This document shows positions 36,965-50,212 of a DNA stretch of 64,000 nt, piece by piece. Each line of letters begins with the position of its first letter. The stretch's first letter is position 1. Source of the DNA: Mobula hypostoma. Taxonomy: Eukaryota. Both the position numbers and the translations under genes were made by a program. The notes beneath the pieces are model-generated. The model saw only the letters and a list, made by a program, of their open reading frames with translations. It was not told where the DNA came from and did not search any database. The stretch lies in contig NC_086097.1 of the NCBI RefSeq assembly GCF_963921235.1, forward strand, positions 206,958,001 to 207,022,000. The letters run 5' to 3'.

Positions 36965-37265
36965 AGCCAGGAGTAGTAATGGAGATAAGCTCTGACTACC
37001 TATTAAATGCTCCCAGTGGCATGCACCTCAGATAGCCTCTGATAACCAAGTCCAGTTCCTGGCCTTCACATATGGCTTAGCTACTAAACCCAGTGGAGCC
37101 ATTTCCACTAACAGGAGAAGGGAGCAAAGGCAAGTTACTATCGCCTTAAAACCAGTCATTTGGGCTGATGGGGCTCCTCAGCCATAGTTGGAAGTTCATC
37201 TAGGAGAAAAAGTCTGATCTCAAACCTCCGCTGCCTTGTGGCTGTACCCACTCATAGAGAAGGAA
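36965..37265 (+). repeat. Interspersed repeat, probably an RTE-type LINE 5' region
   Basis: Recognised from memory as a common chondrichthyan repeat (GATAAGCTC..ACTACCTATTAAATGCTCCC); no coding motif. Confidence 0.4.
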
Positions 37266-37329
37266 ACTGTATTGGTCTCTGCCATTCCTTTCAGTTCATC
37301 AGAAGCATGGAGAGAGGAAGCTTGCTCTC

Positions 37330-37799
37330 CTCAGCAGGCTGAGGGTGGCAGACACCAACAGAATCAACAAACTTATTCGAAAGGCCAATGATATTGTGGA
37401 GATGGAACTGGACCCTCTCACGGCGGTGTCTGAAAAGAGGATGCTGTCTAAGTTGCATGCCATCTTGGTCAATGTCTCCCATCCACTACATAATGTACTG
37501 GGTAGGCACAGGAGTACATTCAGCCAGAGACTCATTCCTCCAAGATGCAGCACAGAGCGTCATAGGAAGTCATTCCTGCCTGTGGCCATCAAACTCTACA
37601 ACTCCTCCCTTGGAGGGTCAGACACCCTGTGCTGATGGGCTGGTCCTGGACTTATTTCATAATTTACTGGCATAATTTACATATTACTATTTAACTATTT
37701 ATGGTTCTATTACTATTTATTATTTATGGTGCAACTGTAACGAAAACCAATTTCCCCCTGGGATGAATAAAGTATGACTATGACTATGACTATGACTAT
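37330..37799 (+). mobile_element. Rex-type LINE 3' end with (TATGAC)n tail
   Basis: ORF 37345-37635 (NRINKLIRKA, SHPLH, CSTERHRKSFLPVAIKLYN); AATAAAG followed by (TATGAC)x4. Confidence 0.88.
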
Positions 37800-37849
37800 T
37801 ATCATACTACCCAGGCTTTCATATCTAGAAAACTTGGACACAATATCCG

Positions 37850-38140
37850 TGGTCAACTCTGACTGGCGGAGGCTCTCACCCTCATCAAATCAACAAAATC
37901 AGTGAGGACAACTAGTGTAGATAATGGGCTGCCAATCTCCAATTCTTTAATAATTGCATCCTTTAAATCTTCATTTTCATTGCAACATTCAAGATGATTG
38001 TTGATACCTTCAAACTCTTCAGAATTCTGAGCTTGTTGAAGTAGTGAAATCTTTTCATTTTCAATCCTGGCTTCTCCTAGCCTGAATGCTTGAAACCGCA
38101 GTGAAAAAAACATTTCAAGTGTACGTGCTGCCAGCATCGC
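37850..38140 (-). mobile_element. Possible pogo/Tigger transposase C-terminal remnant
   Basis: Acidic EEFEGINNHLECCNENEDLKDAII segment resembles Tigger-like tails; no catalytic motif seen. Confidence 0.35.
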
Positions 38141-38149
38141 CTACTGATG

Positions 38150-40030
38150 AGAAAACAAAGAATGAAGAAACCTCGCTGGAGGCCGCCAATGGCAGCAAGA
38201 TCCAGCCTTACAGGACATGATGGGTGATGCTCTGCTTCAGTCTACGGCATTACACATGAGAATTTATCCTGGCTAAAGTGGCTAAACCTCTGCTCAGTGC
38301 AGATTTCCTGTGTGGTCAAGGACTGTTTGTTGATCTTAAGAACTATCAACTTGTAGGTGTCAAGGACTTTGAGTCATTACCCAGCTTCCCCAGTAAGTTC
38401 TCATAACGACTCTGTGAAACGCATGCACCATTGCATGTGAGTATACTTGACTGCTGGACAGATTCCCAGACCTTACCAAGCCCACATTCTCCATAAGAGC
38501 CACAAAACATGGGGTGGAGCATGACATTTATACAAGTGGACCACCGGCCCACCAGTCCATACCTGCATGCATCGACTGGACCCAGAAAAGCTGGCAACCA
38601 CAAAGGCTGAGTTTGCCAGAATTGAAAGATGCCATTCAAACATCGCCGAGGCTTTGTCCCTCCATGTGGTCCTTGGTTTCCACCAAGTGGCGATTACTAA
38701 CACCTTAATGAGGCCACCATCCCCGATCCCACACATCCAAGTCTTTTCTACATGTTTGGTCAAAGAGTTAATATTTTCAAAGTTGATCTAGTTAGGGGCT
38801 ACCATCAGGTATCTGTGTGCTCAGAGAGCCTTCCCAAGATGGCTGTGATAACCCCATTTTGCCTCTTTGAGTTTCTGCACATGCTGAAAAATGCAGCACA
38901 GACTTTCCAACAGCTGATAGTCTCTGTATTAAAAGACATAGGTTTTCTTTTTGGTTACCTGGATGGCATACTTTTCACCAGTGCATCCAAATCTGAACAC
39001 ATATCTTATCTCTGCACACTTTTCCATCACTTAAGCCAACACTGGTTGATTACTGTTAAGTACCAGTTTGGGTTGCCAACCTTTGACTTTCTCAGCTATT
39101 GCATCTCCTCAGTGGGTGCAAAACCCCTCCTATCAAACGTGGCTGCTATTATGGATTTTCCACTGTCCTGCACTACTAAAACAATACAGGAGCTTTTAGG
39201 TATGGTGAAGTTCTATTACCACTTCATTCCACAAGCTACTGAACTTAAGCTTCCCCTGAATAGTGCACTGAAAGACAATACCCTTAATCATGTACCTGAC
39301 TGGTCTGCAGACATGACCAGGGCATTTGATGATACCAAACAAGTTCTTTCCTACATGACTCTGATGGTGCACCCTCTCCCCAGCACACCCATAGCCATTA
39401 TTACTGTTGTTTCAGACTATGCTGTGGGTGCTGTGCAGGAACAGTTGGTCAGAGGGATGTGGTGTCTCACCTCCTTCAGCCGTCAGCTCCGGACCGCTAA
39501 AAGGAAGTATAGCACGTTTGACCGTGAGCTCCCGGAATCTCTCCGGCTATCGGCTATTTTTAGTGTCTTCTGGAGGGGCACCATTTCACAGCATTCATTG
39601 GCCACAAACCTATCACGCACATGATGGCCAAAATATCAGACCTTTGGTCTGCACAGCAACAATGCCAACTGGCCTACATATCAGAGTTCACAACTGATAG
39701 ACAACATTTCATGAGGAATAATAATGCCGTGGCTGATTGCCTCTCACGGCCAGCCGTTGAGGTTGTACACATAGGGGTTGACTATGCCAGTGTGGCAGCT
39801 GACCAAGCTACTGACCCAGAGGTCCAGGTTCACCAACCAGCAGTCATGGGCCTGCGGATGGCTGACATTAAATTACTTTTCACCTATTCCTACCTCCCAA
39901 TATGGCATATAGCACTTTTGGGTTCCTATTGACCTACATTCTGATTTGTTTGTTTTCGTCCACCACGATGAACTCAAACATCTCCTTAGGGCCCCTTATG
40001 ATGGACCGTTCCATGTTTTGGAATGGGGAG
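38150..40030 (+). mobile_element. Third Gypsy family: decayed pol (RT and RNase H), no LTRs seen
   Basis: FKVDLVRGYHQV, ITPFCLFEF, LKNAAQTFQ, FGYLDGILF, SDYAVGAV, KYSTFDREL, NNAVADCLSR. Confidence 0.9.
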
Positions 40031-40404
40031 AAAAAACTTATTCTAGATAATTTATTATTTTTCTTTACTCAAGGGTACACAGACCAAGTATATTCTGAAT
40101 CCTTCAGCAGTATCAAATGCATGCTTTCTAGACATGGTGGCTATTTCACTCTGAAATAATCTACTGTTTTTCAAACCAATTCCTTTTGCAAAATTAATTG
40201 CAATATTTTCTCCTGTCCAGCATTCTATTTCTCTTGTAAGCACTTGTATGCACATTCTTGTTTGTTTTGAAATCTATCCACATTCCTGGTTAATTGTAAC
40301 TGTGGCAAATTATGGTACTTTCCATACAACATTCAGCTTCTAAATCAGCCTGTTTAACATTATGATAGTTACATTTTAATTTGAATCTATGATCATTTAT
40401 TAAA

Positions 40405-40630
40405 ACCATAAGACAAAGGAGCAGAAGTCGGCCATTCGGCCCATCGAGTCTGCTCCGCCATTTTATCATGAGCTGATCCATTCTCCTATTTAATCCCACT
40501 CCCCCGCCTTCTCACCATAACCTTTGATGCCCTGGCTACTCAGATACCTATCAATCTCTGCCTTAAATACACCCAATGACTTGGCCTCCACTGCCGCCCG
40601 TGGTAACAAATTCCATAGATTCACCACTCT
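40405..40630 (-). mobile_element. CR1 3' end
   Basis: CCATAAGACAAAGGAGCAGAAGTCGGCCATTCGGCCC is the reverse of the CR1 3' terminus. Confidence 0.85.
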
Positions 40631-40884
40631 CTATTTATTATACTTTAACATTAAATTTCAAATCGTCATTTCCTATATACTCCTATATACTATAGCATAT
40701 TGGCTCAAGAGAAACAAAGAAATCCGTTAAATTATGTGTTTTTGTGCCTGTGTAATGAATAATTTAGTCATGTAGTAATACTGCATGGAAACAGGCTTTT
40801 TGGCCTAGTGGTCCATGGCAACCACAACATCAGGTCATTCCTTATTCCGGTGAATAAAAATGCCTCTCCCTAAAACTTAGGCCC

Positions 40885-43070
40885 TTTTATCCAGGCAGCA
40901 GCCTCTCCACCCAGACAACATCCTTCCTATAAAAGGATGACCAAAACTGTAAATAATACTCCAGTTGCAGCCTCACTGACGATTTGCATAATTGCACCAT
41001 GATGTCCCTGCACCTAAACTCAGTTCCCTGGCTGATAAAGGACAACATTCGTAATGCCTTCTTCATCACCCAATCTACTTGTGCTCCCGTTTTCAGCAAA
41101 CTGTGCACTTGTACTCCCAGGTCCCTATGTTCCATAATACTCATCGGTGCATATTGTTGCTCCCCTGGATTGACTGTCCATAAAACATTGCCTCACACCC
41201 TATTGAAAGCTATTCAGCATTCTTCTGCACACCTCCCTAACCAAGTCCTTTGTGTAGTCAATACTGGGAAAATTGAAATCTCCCACCTGCACTACCCTAC
41301 TGTTCACACAACTACATGCACTACCTCAACACATCTGCTACTCAAGCTCCTCTGACTAATGCGGAGTCTATAATACATCTCTGTCAAGGTGACTATTTTC
41401 TTCTTAATTCTAATTCTGTAGTGCACATGCGCCGGTCGTGCATGTAGCCTGGTACAGCCGTTCCGATCTATTCTTACTTTCTCCTTCTTACTTTTTAATT
41501 TACGTATTTTTTGTATTTTTTTCTCTCACGGTAACATGTCGAAGCTGCACCCTCTCTAACATGCTGGTAGAGAGAGTTTTATTTGGGTTTTCTTTAGCGC
41601 TGGAAGTAGTTACATCATGACACGTGGGACAGAAGCAAGGTCGCATTCTGTATTCCACGGACCAGCGAATGCCAGCCGATTTAGCAAGCAGAGCAGCAGA
41701 CACCCCTGCTGAAATCCAGAGGAAAACACACAGAGGATGCCGAGGGGGATCACAAAGCTGAGGAAAGAGGACCGGGTCAAGACAACGGAGACTTTTGGAG
41801 AAGAGGAGTTCGGTGGGTAATACCGTTCCGACTGACTGGAAGTGCACTGAGAGCGATAAGCGTAAAGGAGTTGGGTGCTTCCTGTTCTGGCTAACAACGG
41901 ATGGTGCAATCCGGGGCATATTACGATCGAGGAACATGTTTGCAGACTGGATATTGAACTTTTTACTGTTGGACTTCGGCCACATTCCACCGTGATACAA
42001 CACGGCAGCACGGGAGGTCGCTCCTGCCTGTGGCCATCGAACGTTCAGCTCCTCCCGTGGAGGGTGAGACACCCTGAGCCAAATGGACTAGTCCTGGACT
42101 TATTTTCCATCTGGCATAGTTTGCATTTTGTTGTTTGATTGTTGGGTTTTTTTTTGTATTGCTATATTTACGCTCTATTCTTGGTTGGTGCGGCTATAAT
42201 GAAACCAAATTTCCCTCGGGATTAACAAAGTATATCTATCTATCTATTCTAACCAAACAGCCTCATCAGTGGATCCCTCAAGAATATCCTCTCTAATGGC
42301 CTCCCTTATCAAAAAAGCAACACACTTCCACTTTTACCTGTTCTTCTGTCATGGCTTAGCCTTAATATATGGATGTTAACCAATTCAGCTGCAAACCTTC
42401 ATTCTTGGACAAGCTGCATCTTCCCCAGCAGAGATCCCAATGACACAAGGACCTGAATCCTTATTCCTTGTACCTTTACTTCAGCCAAACATTCACCTGG
42501 CCTGTCTTTCTATTCCTGGGCTGTCTAGCATAAGGCACCAGAAGTAAACTGGAGATCACTACCCTCAAGGTCCTACTTTTTAAGTTGTTTACCTGACTCC
42601 CTATACCCATTCTGCATGAAGTCATCCCACAGGAGCTCATTCCTTGTTCCACCAATGTCATTTGAACCAATGTGAGCAATGATCTCTGGCTACATGCACA
42701 AAATGCTGGAGGAACTCAGCAGACCAGGCAGCATCTATGGAAAAGAATAAGTAATCAATATTTTGGGTTGAGACCCTTCATCAGGACTGAAACAAAAGAT
42801 GAGAAGTCAGAGTAAGAAGGTGGGGGGAAGCGAGGAAGAAGTACAAGGTGGTAGGTGAAACTGGGGTGGGGGGGTGAAGTAAAGAGCTGGGAAGAGAGGA
42901 TAGAGAGGCAATACACTATTTTGATGTCACTCCTGCAGCCACAGAATCTCCTGTCTGTTTACCTCACTATTGGGTCTCCTATTGTTATCGCACTGTCTGA
43001 CTGCACCCTCTCTCTCTGGAGCCAGAGCTGGTCACAGTGCCAGAAACTTGACTACTGCTGCTTGCTCTTT
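40885..43070 (-). mobile_element. Old fragmented CR1 pieces (ORF2 C-terminus, EN region, ORF1 esterase-like), interrupted by younger insertions
   Basis: HRDLGVQVH, LQLEYYLQFWS at 40887-41144; LKSRTLRVVISSLL...VNVWLK at 42476-42679; pseudo-LTR at 42695-42895. Confidence 0.6.
41414..42245 (+). mobile_element. Short internally deleted Rex-type LINE derivative
   Basis: 5' UTR and N-terminal basic segment, EN piece (CRLDIELFTVGLRPH), then a 3' end like 37545-37760; (TATC)n tail; possible ATTCTAA TSD. Confidence 0.8.
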
Positions 43071-43919
43071 TTTGTTCCAAAATAATTATTATCTTAAGCT
43101 ACACTGCATTATCCCAAAACGGTGCTGAAATAAATAGATTTATTTTGTTTCTGTAATTAATTTCTAAGTGGTGAGATTAGTGGTTTGCATTTTCCTAACC
43201 CTTCTATATCAACAGCTGTTTTCTATTTAGCTCTATTTCCTTCTTTGCTTCAAACACCAGCAGTAACCACACAACTGTATGTTCGTGCTTCAAAACATAG
43301 CGAACTGCCCAGATGCATTTCATGGATATGTACAGAAGGGGGCTCATGACTAAATGCTGGGTTATGCTAAAGATAGGCTTAAAGGCGCATCTTCAAGAAG
43401 GATGTACAGAACTGAACAGTTTTATGAGGCTTTTTCCGAAGGTTTGAGCCTTAGTAGTTGGTAAATGATTACATAACATGTTGTTCAGGAAGCCATGCTG
43501 CTGTTTAATATCGATGCGAGGGGAAAATTATTTTTGATACTCTGTGATTCAGTAAACTCTGCTGGAGTTACAACTGTTTCACCCTAGGTAGGAACAAGCT
43601 TCATGCTCAGTTAGGATGTCTCTTGATTTTGTAGTCATTTTATTGCTAGTAATAATCAGCTCAAATTACTACAGCGCACACAAGGTTCATATTCAATACA
43701 TGTATCAATGGTTTCTTGAGAGGAGGGGAGGCTGGAAGTAAGTGGGAAATCAGTCATGCTGCTGATTTCAGTTATGTCTCCAAATGTTCTGCAGCAAAAT
43801 TATGATCACTTTCGTATGAGGCTGAATCATAAATGAGGGAGAAAAGTCAATACTGAAGATGAAACAGGAAATGTGTAACAAAAGCAGAAAATATTGGAAG
43901 TGCTGAGCAAGTAAAAATT

Positions 43920-46490
43920 GAATTCAAATTAAGTTTATTGTCATTTAACTATATACATGTATATAACCATATAAAGTATATGGAAATGAGACAATGTTTC
44001 TCCAAACCAGGGTGTAAGGCACAGCAGTGTACATAACACATGATAACTTATAGATAGATAAATAGATACTTTATTGATCGCAAAGGAAATTACAGTATCA
44101 CAGTAGCATTACAAGTGCATAGATATACAGATATACAAATATTAGGAGAGAAGTATGAAAGAATTTTTAAAAAGTTACTTTAAACAGTCATCACTTATCC
44201 GGCTTTAGGTTGACTCATGGAGCCTAATGGCAGAGGGTAAGAAAGACCTCATATAGTGCTCCCTGAAGCAGCCCAGTTGACTTAGTCTGTTACTAAAAGT
44301 GCTCCTCTATTCAGACAAAGTGGCATATAGTGGGCGAGAATTATTGTCCAGAATTCCCAGGATTTTCTGTAGGGTCCTTTGTTCTACCACAGCCTCCAGT
44401 GTGTCCATTTTGACTCCTATAACAGAGCCAGCCTTTCTAATCAGTTTATTGAGCCTGTTGGCATCACTCATGAGGATGCCCTTGCCACAGCGCACCACTG
44501 CATAGAAGATTGTATAAACAACAACAGACTGGCAGAACATAAGACCATGAGACCATAAAACATAGGAACAGTCTGCTCCGTCATTCCATCGTGACTGATC
44601 CCAGATCCCACTCAAACCAATACATCAGCCTTCTTGCCATATCCTTTGATGCCCTGACCAATCAGGAAACAATCAACTTCCACTTTAACTATACCCATGG
44701 TCTTGGCCTCCACTGCAGTCTGTGGCAGAGTGTTCCACAGATTCACTACTCCCTGGCTAAAAAAATTCCTTCTTATCTCTGTTCTAAAGGGTCAAATCTC
44801 AATTCTGAGGCTGTGCCCTCTGGTCCTGGATGCCCCCAACATAGGAAACATCCTCTCCACATCCACCCTGTCTAGTCATTTCAGCATTCGGTAGGTTACA
44901 ATGAGATTCTCCCGCATTCTTCTACATTCCAGTGAGTATAGGACCAAAGCTACCAAACGCTTTTTATCTGTTAACCCTTTCATTCCTGGAATAATCCTCA
45001 TGAACCTCCTCTGGACTCTCTCCAATGACAGCATATTCTTTCCGAGATATGGGGCGCAGAACTGTTGACAATACTCCAAGTGCGGCCTGACTGGTGTCTT
45101 ATAAAGGCTCAGCACTATCTCCTTGTTTTTATATTCTATTGCCCATGAAGTAAATGCCAACATTGCATTTGCCTTCTTTACCACAAACTCAACCTGTAAA
45201 TTAGCCTTCTGGGAATCTTGTGTGAGGATTCCCAAGTCCCTCTGCACATCTGATGTTTGAAACTTCTCCCCAATTAGGTAATAGCTCCTTTTATCAAAAT
45301 GCATTAGCATACCATTTCCAACACTGTATTTCATCTGCCACTTTTTGCCCATTCTTCCAATTTGTTTAAGTCCTGCTGCAATCACATTTCTTCCTCAGCA
45401 CTGCCTACCCCTCCACCTATCTTTGTATCATTCGCAAACTTTGCCACAAAGCCATCAATTCCCTTGTCCAAATCACTGACAAACAATGTGAAAAATAGTG
45501 GTCCCAACATGTGAAGGAGAGGCCGGCACATGCCAAAGGGCCTCAGTCTTCTCAGGAAGTAGAGTCAACTCTGGACCTTCTTGTACACAGCCTCTGTTTT
45601 GGTGCTGTACTCATGTCTGTCATTCAAGTGCACCCCAGGTACTTGTAGGTCCTCACCACATCCACATCCTCAACATCAATAGTAACAAGGAGCTGTGCAG
45701 GCTTAGGCTTCCTAAAGTCCATCACCATCTCCTTTGTCTTACTGATGTCAAGCTGCAGATGATTCAGTTTGCACCATTTGACAAAGTCCTCTACTAGGAC
45801 CCTGTATTCGTAATCCCATCTCCCTTTATACACCCAACTAAGCTGAGTCAGAGGTTTCTGCAGATGACATAACTCAATGTTGTATCTAAAGTACGGGATA
45901 TACAGGGTAATGGAGCCAATACAGTCCCCTGTGGGGCCACAGTTCTACTTATATCCATGTCTGACACACAGCTCTGAAGCTGCCCAAACTGTGGTTTGCC
46001 AATCAGGTAGCCTGTTATCCAGAGTACAATGGAAGTGCCAACCCATAAGGTAGGGATTTACAGATATATCACACATAAGTAACAAACTAAAGCACATTAA
46101 TATTAAATATTGCACTGGAACAGATTAACCAGTGACACTTTGAATATATGTGGCAGGGAGTTCAGAAGCCTAATGGCCTGGGGGAAGAAAGTTTCTCATC
46201 CTGACTGTTCTTGCTTTTATGCCTCACAGACTCCTGCCTGATGGTAGAAAGTCAAAGAGAATGCTGGATGGATGGGTGGGATCCTTAATAATAATAATAA
46301 TAATAATAAGGGCCCTACATATGCAGTGTTCCAGATATATGTCCCCAGTGGATGGTAGGGAGACCTACTATCATAGTATGATCTTCTCAGCTTTACTCAC
46401 AGTTCTTTTCAGGGACTTCTGGTCCCATGCTCGGCTGTTCCCATACCAGGTGGAGACGCAACTTGTCAGGATACATTCGATAGTACTCCT
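43920..46490 (-). mobile_element. Three-level nest: Rex-type LINE A (43920-44050 and 46047-46490) containing Rex-type LINE B (44051-44540 and 45511-46045) containing CR1 (44541-45510)
   Basis: B: DANRLNKLIRKAG, WCKLNHLQLDISKTKEMVMDFRK; CR1: RPHLEYC, ERVQRRF; AACAT at both CR1 junctions. Confidence 0.8.
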
Positions 46491-46788
46491 GTAAAATGTA
46501 TTTAAGACAGCTGCATGATCTATTTCCTTCTTTAAAACATGAAATAAGAATTGAGAGGGATCTTAGTGCCTTGTAATGTAGCATGGGAAATGGAAAGATG
46601 TAACGTATACACAGATATATACTTTGGAGATGAGAGTAAGTTGATTAAAGTATCTTGGTAATGCAGTAGAGAAATAATAAGATACTGGTTTGAAAGTTGC
46701 TGGGAATTGCCAAAAGTTTCATGCAAAACATTTTACCCATACTTACCCACTGTAAATATCAGAAGCTTTAAGAAGTTTGAAAGCCTTC

Positions 46789-47190
46789 CAAACCATTTTC
46801 TATGTTTCTATGTTTCTATGTTTCTATTGTATTTCTCTGTATTGTTGTTGGAGGGGAATGGAGTCGTTGGCACTGAGGTTTTCTTCTTTTTCATTTTTAA
46901 GTTCTTAGATTTGCCCAAGTCTTTTAGTTTAGTTGATTAATTTTGTCTTTCTTTAGGGTTGGGGTTTTCTTTTTGGTTTTGTTTTTTTTTTCTTTTTCAT
47001 GTTTTTTTTTAGTTTTTTTTTGATCTGTTTTATCCGTTGTTAGTTTTACATGATTGGGAGCTTTGTCAAATTTCAATATTGGACTTTACAATTACTGTTT
47101 GTAAGTGTAACAATTTATCTCCTATTATTTGTATCATTGCTATGTTTTGTTTATATATTCTAAAATTAATAAAGAGATTGAAAAAGAAAA
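46789..47190 (+). mobile_element. 5'-truncated L1/Tx1-type 3' UTR insertion with a 19-bp TSD
   Basis: AAGAAGTTTGAAAGCCTTC at 46770-46788 and 47191-47209; T-rich body, AATAAA and A-rich tail. Confidence 0.8.
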
Positions 47191-47419
47191 AAGAAGTTTG
47201 AAAGCCTTCAATTTGTTGGCTGAGCTCTGCCACTGATTTATTAACTTGCCTGTGACAATGGATTTCATTGGTAGTGTAAGGAATTTAATAAAATTCCCAC
47301 TGTTGTACCACAGAAGCTTAAAATAATCAGCAAACTCATTCATCTGAATGGAGAACAGTTGCAAGGGAGAAGAACATATGGAGTAATTTATATTTTTAAT
47401 GCTTTAAAGGATTGGTCTA

Positions 47420-47640
47420 GTGGCTCTGTAGGTAGCTCAGCTGTTTTGAAACTTCATTGATCCTGGTTTGATACTGACCTCTGGTGCTGAATGTGTGGCA
47501 TTTGCTAAGCTCCCCGAAATGTTTCCCCAGGGTGCTCTGGTTTCTTCACACATCCCAAAGATTTTGTGGTTGTTGGGTTATTTGACTATGGTAAATTGGC
47601 ACATGAGCATTTAGGTAGTAGCTGTTAATGGACTTCCATG
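47420..47640 (+). mobile_element. V-SINE/HE1-like SINE, decayed
   Basis: Conserved core GGGTGCTCTGGTTTCTTCACACATCCCAAAGA. Confidence 0.7.
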
Positions 47641-47694
47641 AGAAAAGGGTTGTAGGAAATAAGTGGGGCAATGGGATGGGATGGCCTCCTTCAC

Positions 47695-48885
47695 TGTCAT
47701 AAGAAAATATGAATTCTATCTCCTTTTCCATAGCATTGGAGAGGGATAGGAACAGACAAGTTAGCAAAGAGTTTACTTGGAGTAAGGGGAAATTTGAAGC
47801 TATCAGGCAGGAACTTGGGAGCATAAATTGGGCACAGATGTTCTCCGGGAAATGTACAGCAAAAATGTGGCAAATGCTCAGGGGATATTTGCATGGCATT
47901 CTGCACAGGTACGTTCCAATGAGACAGAGAAAGGATGGTAGGATACAGGAACTGTGGTGTACAAAGACAGTTGAAAATCTAGTCAAGAAGAAAAGAAAAG
48001 CTTACAAAAGTTTCAGAGAGCTAGGTAATGTTAGAGATCTAGAAGATTATAAGGCTAACAGGAAGGAGCTTGATAATGAAATTAGGAGAGCCAGAAAGGG
48101 CCATGAGAAAGTCTTGGCGAGCAGGATTAAGGAAAACCCCAAGGTGTTCTACAAGTATGTGAAGAGCAAGAGGAGAAGGCGTAAAAGAATAGGACCAATC
48201 AAGCATGACAATGAAAAAGTGTGTATGGAACCAAAGAAGGTGGCAGAGGTACTTAATGAATACTTTGCTTCAGTATTCACTACGGAAAAGGACGTTGGCG
48301 ATTGTAGGGATGACTTACAGCAGACTGAAAAACTCGACCATATAGACATTAAGAAAGTGAATGTACTGGAGCTTTTGGGAAACATCAAGTTGGATAAGTC
48401 ACGAGATGTACTCCAGGCTACTGTTGGAAGTGAGGGAGGAGATTGCTAAGCCTCTGGCAATAATCTTTGCATCATCAGCGAGTATGGAAGAGGTTCTGGA
48501 GGATTGGAGGGTTGCAGATACTGTTCCCTTATTGAAAAATGGAGTAGAGATAGCCCAGGAAATTATAGACCAGTGAGCTTTAATTCAGTAGTTGGTAAGT
48601 TGATGGAGAAGATTCTGAGAGGCAGGATTTATGAACATTTGGAGAGGTATTATATGATTAGGAGTAGTGGACATGGCTTTGTCAAGGGCAGGTTATGCCT
48701 TACGAACCTGATTGAATTTTTTGAGGATGTGACTAAACACATTGATAAAGGAAGAGCAGTAGATGTAGTATACAGGTGTATGGATTTCAGCAATGCATTT
48801 GATAAGGTACCCTATGCAAGGCTTATTGAGAAAGTAAGGATGCATGGGATCCAAGGGGACATTGCTTTGTGGATCCAAAATTGTT
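47695..48885 (+). mobile_element. CR1 ORF2 internal fragment
   Basis: IKENPKVFYKYV, LNEYFASVFT, PGNYRPVS, HGFVKGR, MDFSNAFDKV. Confidence 0.93.
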
Positions 48886-49509
48886 ATAGCCCCTAAGAAT
48901 TTTATTTATTTTTAAATATAAGGAAGTATGGGCCTGGTCTACATAATCACTCCCCAGAAAGTAAACTGGTATCAAACTGATGAACATTTGCCGCACTTCC
49001 TTGGAGATCAATCTTTCAATCTATTTTTCCTCCCCATAAATACTGCTTGACCTGTTGAATTCCTCCAGCGTTCTGTGTATGACCTCACATTTTCAACATT
49101 ATTTTCTATTTGAAATGTTCTATGCCAATTCTCTTAACTTGAAGTCATTCTGTATCCTCCTCACAACCCACGGACCCCTTCAGCTTTGTATCATCTAGGA
49201 TATGGACCAGATGTGGGCAAACGAGTCTAGCCTAGATGGGCATATTGGTCAGCATGCATGAGATTCTGTCTGTGCTGTATTGTTGTACATCTCTACTACT
49301 CTATAGGCTAGACTAACTGGTGCACATTTCTCTAGTTTCTACCTCTCATCTTTATCAAATAGTCTTCTGTTTAGACATTTTTTCAAGAACAAGGAATATT
49401 TGTTGCATTTCAGTTCCTTGGGTCCTGGGGTAATTTATGAGCCATTGTGGGAAAACTTTTCCACAGATGGGTCATGCAAGTATGCAGTTAATTTATTTAT
49501 GTTTGTTTG

Positions 49510-49750
49510 TTTATTCAGATACAGCACAGAATAGGCCCTTCTGGCCCCCATTTTAATTCTGGCCTAATCACAGGACAATTTGCAATGGCCAACCAACCTA
49601 CAATCTGGTGCATCTTTGGACTGTGGGAAGAAATTGGAGCACCCAGAGAAATCCTATGCAGTCAAAGTGAGAACTTACAAACTCCTTACAGGCAGCGACG
49701 GGATTTGAACCAAAGCTCACCTGTACCGTAAAGCATTGTGCTTACCACTA
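49510..49750 (-). mobile_element. V-SINE/HE1-like SINE
   Basis: TTTGGACTGTGGGAAGAAATTGGAGCACCC (reversed core) and GGATTTGAACC (reversed B-box-like). Confidence 0.7.
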
Positions 49751-49819
49751 CTCATACTCCATATGAGGAGGCCTGAACCTTCCACCATCAATGCAGAACT
49801 TCTATGTATTCCCAAAGCC

Positions 49820-50212
49820 TTGGAGTCTTTTCTCCTTGGAGTGACGGAGGATGAGAGGTGACCTGATAGAGATGTATAAGACAATGAGAGGCATTGATTG
49901 TGTGGATAGTCAGAGGCTTTTTCTCAGGGCTGAAATGGCTAACATGAGAGGTCTCAGTTTTAAGGTGCTTGGAGGTAGGGGTAAGTTTTTTACACGAGAG
50001 TAGTGAGTGAGTGGAATGGGCTGCCAGCAACAATGGTGGAAGCGGATATGATAGGGTCTTTTAAGAGACTCCTGGACTGGTACATGGAGCTCAGAAAAAT
50101 AGAGGGCTATTGGTAACCTTAGGTAATTTCTAAAGTAAGGACATGTTCAGTACAGCTTTGTGGGCTGAAGGGCCTGTATTGTGCTGTAGGTTTTCTATTT
50201 TTCTACGTTTCT
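49820..50212 (+). mobile_element. CR1 3' end
   Basis: GGATGAGAGGTGACCTGATAGAG...TTTCTA tail; same family as 7355-7850. Confidence 0.9.

Noticed and set aside
37772..37799. Short tandem repeats such as (TATGAC)n, (CTATGTTT)n and (AAT)n at 46288 as possible CRISPR-like arrays
   Set aside because: No spacers; these are LINE tails or microsatellites in eukaryotic DNA
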